DNA of 64,000 nt from Alphaproteobacteria bacterium (lineage in GTDB: Bacteria; Pseudomonadota; Alphaproteobacteria; UBA2966). Below are positions 9,895-18,770 of this stretch, in pieces. The stretch lies in the NCBI GenBank assembly GCA_964291395.2, contig OZ219858.1, forward strand, positions 384,001-448,000, written 5' to 3'. Below the pieces are notes generated by a model. That model saw only the letters and a program-made list of their open reading frames with translations, did no database searches and was not told the origin of the DNA. The translations under genes and the position numbers were made by a program. Every line of letters begins with the position of its first letter. Position 1 is the first letter of the stretch.

Positions 9895-11588
9895 CCGATC
9901 CCCCATACGTCGAACCCGATCCCTTCACCCTGGAAATCATCCGGGACGGCCTGCAGGCGGCCAGCGACGAGATGTTCATCGCCCTGGGCCGCGCCGCGCA
10001 GGGAATCGTCATCTACGAATGCCTCGACTACTGCGTCGGCATCGCTGACGCGTCGGGCCGCATGGTCGTCCAGGGCAACGGTGTGCCTCTGTTCATCGGC
10101 ACTCTCGAGTCGGCCGTACGAGAAGTCATCGACAAGTTCGGCACCGAACGGGACATGGAGCCCGGCGACATCTTCGCCATGAACGATCCCTACCGCGGCG
10201 GCGGTACGCATACGCCGGACGTTTGCCTGGTCATGCCCGTTTTCGCCGACGACGAACTGATCGCGTTCACCGCCAACAAAGGACACTGGAGCGAGCTCGG
10301 CGGCAAGGTGCCGGGAACGATCGCTGCGGACTCGACGGAGGTGTTCCAGGAAGGCCTACAGATCCCGACAGTCAAGCTGTTTCGCCGCGGCGAGCCGGTG
10401 CAAGCCATTCTCGATCTGCTGGCCATCAACGTGCGACTGCCGCGGCAGACGCTGGGTGACATGTGGGCGAGCGTTGCCGCCGCGCGTATCGGCGAGCGCC
10501 GCACTCGCGAGCTCTACTCCAAGTACGGACACGCCGCTTGGCGCCAAGCCGTCGACGGGCTGTTGGATTATGCCGAGTCGATGTCATTGGCAGCGCTGTC
10601 GCACCTCCCAAAGGGGACCTTCGAGGCCGAGGACTGGATCGATGACGACGGGATCACGGACAACCCGATACCGGTGCGCTGCAAGGTGACCATCAGCGAT
10701 AGGGAGTTCGTCGCCGACTTCACCGGCACCAGCGATGTCGTAGCGGGACCGTTCAACACCGGATGGGCGGGGTTGGAGTCGGGTGTCAAGCTCGCCTTCA
10801 AGGCGCTGACCGATCCGGCCTCGCCCGCCAACCACGGCGCGTTTCGACCACTGCGCATCGTCTGCCCACCGGACACGGTTCTCTCGGCTCGGCGCCCCGC
10901 GGCCACGGGCAAGTATCACCAGGCCGTCCTCTTCGCCACGGAAGTGATCTGGAAAGCTCTGGCGCCGCATTGCCCGAAACACCTCCCGGCGGGCCATCTC
11001 GCAGCGGTCTGCGGCACTACCCTCATCGGCCGCGACCCGGCGAGCGGCGACGTCACCCTGTTGCAGCAGCCCCTGGTGGGCGGTTGGGGCGCCACGGCGG
11101 ACCGGGATGGCGAGAACGGCCAGTTCTGTGCCGCGGACGGGGAGACCTTCAACATCCCGATCGAGGTGCAGGAAAACAAATTCGGCATCCTCGTAGAGCA
11201 GTACGCATTCCACGACGACCATGGTGGCGCGGGCGAGCGTCGCGGCGGCAAGGGCGTGGTCCTGGACTACCGGGTCGTCGACGAACGGATTCATTTCTCG
11301 GGTGACTACGGCCGCCACAAGTTCCGACCTTGGGGCGTTGCCGGCGGCGGCACGGGAACTGCCAGTCTGGCCCAGATCACGCGCGCCGACGGCAGCACGG
11401 AAGCCCGGCAGCGCGCCGTGAGCGTGCCCGTCAACAAGGGAGAACGGATCCGCCTCGTGACACCAACGGGAGGCGGCTATGGGGACCCCCGCTCGCGGCC
11501 GCGCCAAAAGGTCCTGGAGGACCTGAAGAACGGCTATATCACCCGCGAACAGGCGAGGCGCGACTACGGCGTCGAGGTCGAGGAATAG
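9891..11588 (+). CDS. hyuB: Hydantoinase/oxoprolinase subunit B
   Basis: NDPYRGGGTH, H-W-S-E-L-GG, EGLQIP, PTGGGYGDP; ATGA overlap with hyuA. Confidence 0.92.
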   Translation: MTDPPYVEPDPFTLEIIRDGLQAASDEMFIALGRAAQGIVIYECLDYCVGIADASGRMVVQGNGVPLFIGTLESAVREVIDKFGTERDMEPGDIFAMNDPYRGGGTHTPDVCLVMPVFADDELIAFTANKGHWSELGGKVPGTIAADSTEVFQEGLQIPTVKLFRRGEPVQAILDLLAINVRLPRQTLGDMWASVAAARIGERRTRELYSKYGHAAWRQAVDGLLDYAESMSLAALSHLPKGTFEAEDWIDDDGITDNPIPVRCKVTISDREFVADFTGTSDVVAGPFNTGWAGLESGVKLAFKALTDPASPANHGAFRPLRIVCPPDTVLSARRPAATGKYHQAVLFATEVIWKALAPHCPKHLPAGHLAAVCGTTLIGRDPASGDVTLLQQPLVGGWGATADRDGENGQFCAADGETFNIPIEVQENKFGILVEQYAFHDDHGGAGERRGGKGVVLDYRVVDERIHFSGDYGRHKFRPWGVAGGGTGTASLAQITRADGSTEARQRAVSVPVNKGERIRLVTPTGGGYGDPRSRPRQKVLEDLKNGYITREQARRDYGVEVEE

Positions 11589-12652
11589 CGAGATCGGTTC
11601 CCCCGGGCCTTCGCAGCGCCGACGTCCCTACGGCGCTGCGAAGATCCGCGGGAGGGGCTATTCGCATCGGCAGCGTGTTTGAGCGACTTGTCGTACATAT
11701 GGTGCCCGGCGAGGATAGGAGCGTACTTCGGCGGGTTATCCCGCCCCGTGCAGGCCTCCAGACACCGGACCTCGGCGTCATAGTTGGGATTGCCGAAGAA
11801 CGCGATCGATTGCCGGCTGGTACCATCGTTATCCGTCAACGGTGGATTGACGACGCGATGGAGGGTCGAGCGCCAACGGTCGTTCGTCCAGCGCGCCATC
11901 ATGTCACCGATGTTGACGACCAGCTGTCCGGGACCGGGCACGACATCGGCCCATTCGTCGCCCTCGGATTTGATCTGCAACCCGCGCTCGCCGGCACGGA
12001 TGGCGAGTATGGTGAGTGTCCCGAAGTCGGTGTGCGCGCCCGCGCCAAGCTGGCCAGGCAACGGCTCGGAAACGGGGACGGGATAGTGGAAGGTTCCACA
12101 GGCCGAAAAATGCCGGTCGATGCGTTCATCGAAGTAATTCTCGGGGAGGTCGAGCGCAATCGCCGCGATGCCCATCAGCCGGGCGACCAGCTCTTCAAGC
12201 TCCCGGTAAAGACGGCTGAAGATCTTCCGGAAGCGTTCCGGACGATCCGGCCACACATTGGGCTGATACATGCCCGCGACGCCCGGCTGGCCGCGATAGG
12301 CGGCACCATGATCGCTCAACGGCCCAATGGCGAAACGTTCTCGGAGGTCCGGTGGCGAGGTCTCGTCCAGCGTGTAGGCGAGGGTGCGCGACGCCACCGC
12401 CGTGTACCCCCGGTTCGCCTCCTTGTGCGGCGGTTCGTACTTCATCTTTTCCGAGAGCGGCAGGTCGAAGAACGCCCGCGAGACGGCAAAGGCCTCATCG
12501 AACAGGCTTGGGGGAATCCCGTGGCCCGAGATCATGAGAAAGCCGATATCCCGGCACGCGGCATCCATTTGCCGGGCGACCGCCCGCTTTGCCACCGCGT
12601 TCGCCGTGGCGAACGGCGCGATATCGAGGATCGGGACCGGATTGCCTGTCAT
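11564..12652 (-). CDS. Isopenicillin N synthase-like 2OG-Fe(II) dioxygenase
   Basis: HTDFGTLT, GLQI, NIGDMMARWTND, STLHRV, RQSIAFF motifs. Confidence 0.92.
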   Translation of the reverse strand: MTGNPVPILDIAPFATANAVAKRAVARQMDAACRDIGFLMISGHGIPPSLFDEAFAVSRAFFDLPLSEKMKYEPPHKEANRGYTAVASRTLAYTLDETSPPDLRERFAIGPLSDHGAAYRGQPGVAGMYQPNVWPDRPERFRKIFSRLYRELEELVARLMGIAAIALDLPENYFDERIDRHFSACGTFHYPVPVSEPLPGQLGAGAHTDFGTLTILAIRAGERGLQIKSEGDEWADVVPGPGQLVVNIGDMMARWTNDRWRSTLHRVVNPPLTDNDGTSRQSIAFFGNPNYDAEVRCLEACTGRDNPPKYAPILAGHHMYDKSLKHAADANSPSRGSSQRRRDVGAAKARGNRSRYSSTSTP

Positions 12653-12892
12653 GAGGTTCACTCGCGTACGACGACGGCTTCCTCCTTATCGATGAGGCTA
12701 AAGGTTCCGCGGGCTTTTTCAAACGCGCTCCGGGACGCGTCCATGCCCGCGGCCGGGAGACTTGGCCTTGCGGCTCGTTCCTTTGCGCCGTGGCACCGCC
12801 GGTCTCCCCGTAGTGAACGCAGGCGACCGACACGCTTGCATCCGACCCTATGCGACCCCCAGACTCGAACGGCCGAGGCAACGCGAACAGCG

Positions 12893-14425
12893 ATGACAAA
12901 TCACCGCCAAATCATCATCCGGGGGGGACGTGTCCTCGACCCTGAGACCCGCAGCGCGGAGCGCGTCGACGTCCTCGTCGACGGCAACGTCATCGTCGAG
13001 ATCGGCCGGCCAGGAATGGGGGCCCCCGAGGACGCGCGGGTCATCGACGCCGGCAGACGCCTGCTGCACCCGGGTTTCATCAATGCCCACACCCACGGGC
13101 ATCACGGCCTCGACAAGGCCACGGGGGAAGGCTGGGCCCTGGAACGGAGCCTCGCCGTACTGCCGTGGATCAACGCCGACCGCAGTCACGAGATCCTCAA
13201 ATTGACCGCCACGCTGGCGGCGGCGGAAATGGCGCTCAAGGGCTGCACGGCATGCTACGACCTCAACCTTGGACTGCCGAGCCCGTCGGCAGAGGGGACC
13301 CAGGCGATCGCCGAGGGTTATGGGGATGTCGGCGTCCGCGCGGTAATCGCCCCCATGCTCGCCGACCGCACGGTTTTCGAGGCGACCCCCGGACTCATGA
13401 GCGCGTTGCCCGAGAGTCTTCGCCAGCAGGTGACAGGGTTCGACAAAGCGTCTGCGGAGCAAAGCATTGCCGGCCTGCGCCATGCTCTCGACCACTGGCC
13501 TTACGATCGTGATCGACTCCGCTTGGCCGTGGCCCCGACCATCCCATTGCACTGCTCGGAAGGGTTGCTGATGGCTTGCGGGCGGCTCGCCCGGGAGTTC
13601 GACACCGGACTCCACAGCCATGTGTCGGAATCCAAGATCCAGGCCCTTGCCTGTCTGGACCGGCATGGCGAATCGATCACGGCCCATCTTGACGCGCTCG
13701 GGCTTCTCGGACCCAACTTCACGGCCGCGCACGGCGTCTGGCTCGACCGTGACGACATGATGCGGCTCGCCGATCATGGGTGTTCGGTGGCTCACTGTCC
13801 GAGCAGCAACATGCTGTTCAGCAACGGTCTGGCCGACATCCGGGCACTGCTCGACGCCAAGGTCACCGTCGGAGTCGGCACGGACGGCATGCGCTCCAAC
13901 GACAACGAGAACCTGTACGAGGAGGTACGGCTCGCCTCTCTCGTCTCCAAGGTGCAGACGCCCGCACCCGAGAAATGGCTGACGACGGAAGAAGCCTACT
14001 TTGCCGCGACGGAAGGCGGCGCGCAGGTCCTGGGTATCGACGGGATCGGTCGCATCGCTCCCGGCTTCAAGGCCGACATCGTCTTCCTCGACCTCGAGAC
14101 GATCAACTGGATTCCGCTGAACGACCCCGTCAACCAGATCGTGCACGTCGAGGACGGCACCAGCGTCGACGCTGTCATGGCGGACGGCCGGCTGATCGTC
14201 GAAAACGGCGAGTTGACGAGTGTCGACGTGGGGCTACTGGCACGAGAGATCAGCGCCGCGCGCGACCGGATGAGCTGCCTGCATGCCTCGGATGACAGCG
14301 TCATCGAGCGGGTTCTGGCGGCCGTCGACGCCCATTGTTCGGAGCTGGCGCGGCGGCCCTACCACGTCCACCGGTACGGCGCCGGTCCAGATCACGCACC
14401 TGAGAATAGAAATCCGGGAGGGTGA
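12893..14425 (+). CDS. Metal-dependent amidohydrolase/deaminase (paralog of 6304..7806)
   Basis: PGFINAHTH, HSHVSES, AHGVW, HCPSSN, GTDG; start at MTNHRQIIIRGG within the 11330 ORF. Confidence 0.9.
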   Translation: MTNHRQIIIRGGRVLDPETRSAERVDVLVDGNVIVEIGRPGMGAPEDARVIDAGRRLLHPGFINAHTHGHHGLDKATGEGWALERSLAVLPWINADRSHEILKLTATLAAAEMALKGCTACYDLNLGLPSPSAEGTQAIAEGYGDVGVRAVIAPMLADRTVFEATPGLMSALPESLRQQVTGFDKASAEQSIAGLRHALDHWPYDRDRLRLAVAPTIPLHCSEGLLMACGRLAREFDTGLHSHVSESKIQALACLDRHGESITAHLDALGLLGPNFTAAHGVWLDRDDMMRLADHGCSVAHCPSSNMLFSNGLADIRALLDAKVTVGVGTDGMRSNDNENLYEEVRLASLVSKVQTPAPEKWLTTEEAYFAATEGGAQVLGIDGIGRIAPGFKADIVFLDLETINWIPLNDPVNQIVHVEDGTSVDAVMADGRLIVENGELTSVDVGLLAREISAARDRMSCLHASDDSVIERVLAAVDAHCSELARRPYHVHRYGAGPDHAPENRNPGG

Positions 14426-14441
14426 TCCCGTCACCCTCCCG
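14415..14441. terminator. Perfect 11-bp GC-rich hairpin between convergent genes
   Basis: CGGGAGGGTGA-tcccg-TCACCCTCCCG overlapping the amidohydrolase stop codon. Confidence 0.55.
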
Positions 14442-14512
14442 CTGTTACGGCTGGCCGAGTGCGGTGTCACCCGTCTCCCGGCACGACTCCAACTACGTCT
14501 GATGGAACAACG

Positions 14513-15592
14513 TCAGCGTTGCACCGAACGCGTCCAGCGCTCGGACCAATCCGAGATGTCGGCCTCGGAATAATCGATGACCAGCATCTTGGCGACCTCC
14601 TCGGCCTTGAGAAGCTTCATCGAGGCGACGACCGGATCGTCCGATCCCAGCTTCTCCAGCACCGGCACGTTGACCGGCGTCAGACCGCTCTCGTGCGCGT
14701 AAAGGTTCTGGAAGTCATGGCCGAGATAGGCGTTGATGTAATGGTTTGCCGCCTCCGGCACCTTCGTACCCTTGACCACCACCAGCCAGCCCTTTTTCGA
14801 CACCCCGCGTTGATCCGCATTGATTTTCGGATGCACGAACGCGGTGTTGGAGCCGCCCTTCTTGAAGATCGAGCACCAGCCGGCCGAGACAAGCCCAACC
14901 TGCGCATCGCCGGTGTTGAAGAGCACGCCGACTTCGGCACCCCGCTTCCAGAACTTGAGCACGTCGATGCTCTTCACCAGATCGAGGCCCGGCTGAATGT
15001 TCTTGGCATCGCCGCCCGCGGCGAACGCCATGCCGCCAAAGGCGGCGAGTCCCGCGCCCGAAGAAATGTCGGGGATGATGATGCGGTTGGCGAGTTTCGG
15101 GTGCCTGAGATCGGTGTACGTATCCGGGATGGGAATCCCCTCCTTCTCGAAATAATCCTTGAGGTAGCAGATGCCCTCCTGGGTAAGCCAAGAGCCCGTC
15201 CGCCACTCGTTCCAATCCTCACGCGCCAGAAACTTCTTGTTCTCGATGATGTCGAGGTCCAGCTTCTGAATGAAGTCGCCTTGCTGCATCAGGTGCCATT
15301 GCGCATCGAGCACCTCCATGGTGTCGAAGGGCGCCTCGCCGCGGCCCCAGGCCGCGATGAGCTTGGCAAGGTTGTCCTGTGGGCTGGCGTTGACATATTC
15401 GACGGTTGCGCCGAGCGCCTCCAGCTTCGGCTGGATGGCTTGTTGGTGATACTCGAGCCAGGGGCCGCCCCACGTGGCAATCCTGACCTTCTGACCGTCC
15501 AGCGGGCCGGTCCATGCGGGGCCGGCCGCCGCCATAAACGCGCCGGCAACCGCCAGACTGCACGCCTGTCTCACTAAGTTCGTCATGCCCAT
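14513..15592 (-). CDS. ABC transporter extracellular solute-binding protein (PotD/PotF-like)
   Basis: N-terminal signal peptide, ATWGG motif, PDTYTDLRHP; no permease genes adjacent. Confidence 0.82.
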   Translation of the reverse strand: MGMTNLVRQACSLAVAGAFMAAAGPAWTGPLDGQKVRIATWGGPWLEYHQQAIQPKLEALGATVEYVNASPQDNLAKLIAAWGRGEAPFDTMEVLDAQWHLMQQGDFIQKLDLDIIENKKFLAREDWNEWRTGSWLTQEGICYLKDYFEKEGIPIPDTYTDLRHPKLANRIIIPDISSGAGLAAFGGMAFAAGGDAKNIQPGLDLVKSIDVLKFWKRGAEVGVLFNTGDAQVGLVSAGWCSIFKKGGSNTAFVHPKINADQRGVSKKGWLVVVKGTKVPEAANHYINAYLGHDFQNLYAHESGLTPVNVPVLEKLGSDDPVVASMKLLKAEEVAKMLVIDYSEADISDWSERWTRSVQR

Positions 15593-15743
15593 GATAGTGC
15601 CTCCCTTGTGTGAGTTGGCGGGACGCGAAAATCGCGCCTCACGCTCATCGACTAAGGCCCGGATACTATAGGCCTGTCCGCGTCACGGGTCACATCGAGT
15701 CTTGTCCAGCGCGACGCGATGGACTTCTCGGTACTCCGTCGAA

Positions 15744-16331
15744 CTATTTGTACGGGAGCAATTGGAATCGTGCCCGGGACTCCGTCTCCGCGCGTTCCGC
15801 GTCGGTCATGCCTGCCAAGGCGAAGCGCATGAAGGAGACACCGATCATTTCACCGTTGGCGGCGGCCTGTTCAGCCCACAGATAGGCCCGCACCAGGTCC
15901 CGGGGCACGCCCCTTCCGTAGCGGTAGAGCGCGCTAAGGAACAGCTGTGCCGTGCGGTGCCCGCGTTGGGCCGCCATCTCCAGCCACTCGGCCGCTTCTT
16001 CATCGTCGCGCGGCACGCCTTCGCCGGAGCGATAGAGAATCCCGAGCTTGAACTGCGCTCGGGCGTGGCCCGCCTCGGCTGCCAGCCGATACCATTTCGC
16101 CGCTTCCGCATGGTCCCCGAATACGCCCTCGCCGTAGTGGTAGGCATTCCCCAGGCGGAACTGCGCCTCCGCGTCGCCGCGCCGGGCGGCGTCGCGATCG
16201 CGCTCGATCCACAATGGCTTCGCGCCTGTGTCTTCGGAGACCGCGCCCCCAGGCGTCGCCGCGATGGATGTTTCCACGCTCAGCGACAACGCCGCCGAGA
16301 GGAGGATTCCCCGAAACCGGCGACTCAGCAC
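15744..16331 (-). CDS. Sel1-like (TPR) repeat protein, secreted
   Basis: Signal peptide followed by three repeats of the AQFxLGxxYxxGxGV...A..W...AA..G type. Confidence 0.88.
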   Translation of the reverse strand: MLSRRFRGILLSAALSLSVETSIAATPGGAVSEDTGAKPLWIERDRDAARRGDAEAQFRLGNAYHYGEGVFGDHAEAAKWYRLAAEAGHARAQFKLGILYRSGEGVPRDDEEAAEWLEMAAQRGHRTAQLFLSALYRYGRGVPRDLVRAYLWAEQAAANGEMIGVSFMRFALAGMTDAERAETESRARFQLLPYK

Positions 16332-16340
16332 GGCGATCTC

Positions 16341-17096
16341 CTATCCATGGGTCGTGCGGCCGCCGGAAACACTGATGGCCTGTCCGGTGACGTAGGCCGC
16401 TTCCTCGCTCGCCAGGAAGGCCGCCAGGCCGACGATGTCCTCGGGTACGCCGAGGCGGCCCATGGGATTGCTTTGGGCCAGAGCCTCGCGGTCGCCGGCA
16501 TCCGGGATGAGTTCCTCCAGCAGCGGTGTATCGTTGGGGCCCGGACAAATGGCGTTGACCGTGATCCCGTTCGGCGCGAGCTCTTTGGCCAGCGACTTGC
16601 CGAAGGCAATCAATGCCCCCTTGCAGGCGGAATACACCGCATGCCCCGGCGGCCCGGCGCGGCCGGCGTCCGAAGCCATGTTGATCACCCGTCCCCATCC
16701 GCGCTCCTTCATCGCAGGGACCACGGCATGGCTCATGTTGAGGGCGCTGGTCAGGTTGATGGCGATGACCCGGTCCCAATGGGCGGGCTCCGTGTCAACG
16801 AATTCCCCGTACCGATCCCAACCCGCGTTGTTGACCAGGACGTCGCAAGCACCCGCGTCGTCCCGAAACCGTTCGAGGGCCGCTTTGGCCGCCGCATAGT
16901 CCGTGACATCCACGGTCTGCGCCGATGCCTCGCCACCGGAGGCCTCGATACGGCGCGCCGTCTCGGCGGCCGCTTCCCCGTCGATGTCGAAGACTCCCAC
17001 GCCGCAGCCCTCGTCTCCCAAGCGAAGCGAGATAGCCCGTCCGATGGCGCCGCCACCCCCGGTAACGATCGCATTCCTGCCGGTCAGTCCGCGCAT
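16341..17096 (-). CDS. SDR oxidoreductase (BadH/FabG-like)
   Basis: TGGGGAIG, NNAGWD, ASDAGR, YSACKG, CPGP motifs. Confidence 0.9.
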   Translation of the reverse strand: MRGLTGRNAIVTGGGGAIGRAISLRLGDEGCGVGVFDIDGEAAAETARRIEASGGEASAQTVDVTDYAAAKAALERFRDDAGACDVLVNNAGWDRYGEFVDTEPAHWDRVIAINLTSALNMSHAVVPAMKERGWGRVINMASDAGRAGPPGHAVYSACKGALIAFGKSLAKELAPNGITVNAICPGPNDTPLLEELIPDAGDREALAQSNPMGRLGVPEDIVGLAAFLASEEAAYVTGQAISVSGGRTTHG

Positions 17097-17226
17097 GCCC
17101 GCCCTTCCTTTGCCGGAATTCTAACCCGAGTCGCCCTACCCGCCACCTCGGATTATCGCTTGTTGAGGCGGAGAACGGGCCTGATAATGACCGGGCGGCC
17201 CAGCCGCCGCGGCCTACCGACCTTCA

Positions 17227-18636
17227 ATGAACGTCCCAGTCACCGAACTCACCCTCGCGACGGCCGGCGCCGCGTTGCGCCGGGGCGACTTCACGTCCAG
17301 ATCGCTCACGGAGGCGATGCTCGAGCGCATCGCCGAGCTCCAACCGAAACTCAACTGTTACATCAGCGTTGAGCCCGACCGCGCCCTGGAGATGGCGGAA
17401 GGCGCCGACAGAGAGATGGCATCGGGGCGTTGGCGGGGGCCACTGCACGGGGTACCGCTGGCCCACAAGGACGCCTTCGACCGGAAGGGGCGAGTCACGT
17501 CGGTCGGGACCAGCATGTTCGTCGAGCCTGCCGCGGTCACGGCGACCGCCGTCCGGCGCCTCGACGAAGCGGGTGCGGTCAACCTCGGCGCACTTCACAT
17601 GGATGAGCTCGCGGCCCACGGATACGGTCAGAACCGACATTTCGGCCCATGCATGAACCCCTGGCACGCCGAGTACGCCATCGGCGGCTCTTCCGGGGGC
17701 TCGGGCGTCGCGGTGGTGTCCCGCACGGCGCTCGGCGCCTTGGGTGGCGACACCGGCGGTTCCGTCCGGATTCCGGCGGCGATGTGCGGCGTCACGGGCC
17801 TCAAACCCACCTTGGGACGCATCAGCCTCCATGGCGCGGCGCGGCGGAGCTGGTCGGCGGACCATCCCGGGCCCCTTGCCCAAACGGCGGAGGACTGCGC
17901 CCTCATGCTGAAGGCCGTTGCCGGACGGGATGCGGCAGACTCCATCACACGCGACGTCCCCGTCCCGGACTACGCCACCGATCTGCCCGCCGATTTGAAG
18001 GGCGTGAGGATCGGCATCGGGATCGGAGCGCCCTTCGACGGTGTCCACGCGGACGTCGCCCGGCTGCACGCCGATGCGGCCGCTGTCCTTCGCGATCTCG
18101 GCGCCGAGACCGTCGAGCTGGAGACGCCGATTGCCGTCCTCGCCAACGACCTCCAGCAGACCCTGATCAAGCCGGAAATCTCCATGATGATGAGCACCCT
18201 GCTGAATCGGGGCTTCACCGACATTTCACGGGAGGTCCTCGGCACCCAGGACGAGGGCTACCTGGTTCCCGCGACGCGCTATCTCGAGGCCAAGGCCTTG
18301 CGCGCGCCGTTGCTGGAAGAGCACGTCCGGGACGTATTCGGGAAGGTCGACGTATTGTTCACACCGGCGCTCGGCGGGCCGGTGCCGACGGTGGAGGAGA
18401 TGGCAACTCCCGACGTGGCGGCAATCAGCGCCCGCTATCGGGCCGATCTCCGCGTGATCCGCTTCGCAAACTATCTGGGCACGCCAGCTCTGTCCGTGCC
18501 CTGTGGATTTACACGGGACGGCCTGCCCAACGGCTTCCAGCTTCATGGACCGCCGTTCGGCGAGAAACGCCTCATCGACGCGGCCCACGCCTACCAGCAG
18601 GCCACCGACTGGCACGCCCGCCTCCCGCCACTGTGA
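17227..18636 (+). CDS. Amidase signature family protein
   Basis: GPLHGVPLAHKD, GGSSGGS, GGDTGGSVRIP (Lys-Ser-Ser triad). Confidence 0.92.
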   Translation: MNVPVTELTLATAGAALRRGDFTSRSLTEAMLERIAELQPKLNCYISVEPDRALEMAEGADREMASGRWRGPLHGVPLAHKDAFDRKGRVTSVGTSMFVEPAAVTATAVRRLDEAGAVNLGALHMDELAAHGYGQNRHFGPCMNPWHAEYAIGGSSGGSGVAVVSRTALGALGGDTGGSVRIPAAMCGVTGLKPTLGRISLHGAARRSWSADHPGPLAQTAEDCALMLKAVAGRDAADSITRDVPVPDYATDLPADLKGVRIGIGIGAPFDGVHADVARLHADAAAVLRDLGAETVELETPIAVLANDLQQTLIKPEISMMMSTLLNRGFTDISREVLGTQDEGYLVPATRYLEAKALRAPLLEEHVRDVFGKVDVLFTPALGGPVPTVEEMATPDVAAISARYRADLRVIRFANYLGTPALSVPCGFTRDGLPNGFQLHGPPFGEKRLIDAAHAYQQATDWHARLPPL

Positions 18637-18704
18637 CCGTCTCGGCGGCTGGCCGTCGGCCACGGGGTTCACCGAGACCGCCAGGGGATCGCGCGACCCG
18701 TGTT

Positions 18705-18746
18705 CGCGGTCTCACGGTGGTCCCGGCGATCCCGTCGGTTCAAACG
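18705..18746 (-). repeat. 42-bp imperfect inverted repeat, left copy (a further degenerate copy lies at about 18661-18693)
   Basis: Its reverse complement matches 20599-20640 at 34 of 42 positions by manual alignment. Confidence 0.75.
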
Positions 18747-18770
18747 CGATCGTGCAAAAGGATGGATTGG

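Noticed and set aside
11564-11660. Convergent 25-nt overlap of the 2OG oxygenase tail with hyuB as a regulatory feature
   Set aside because: The tail is low-complexity and probably reflects a lost stop codon or read error; nothing supports a function.
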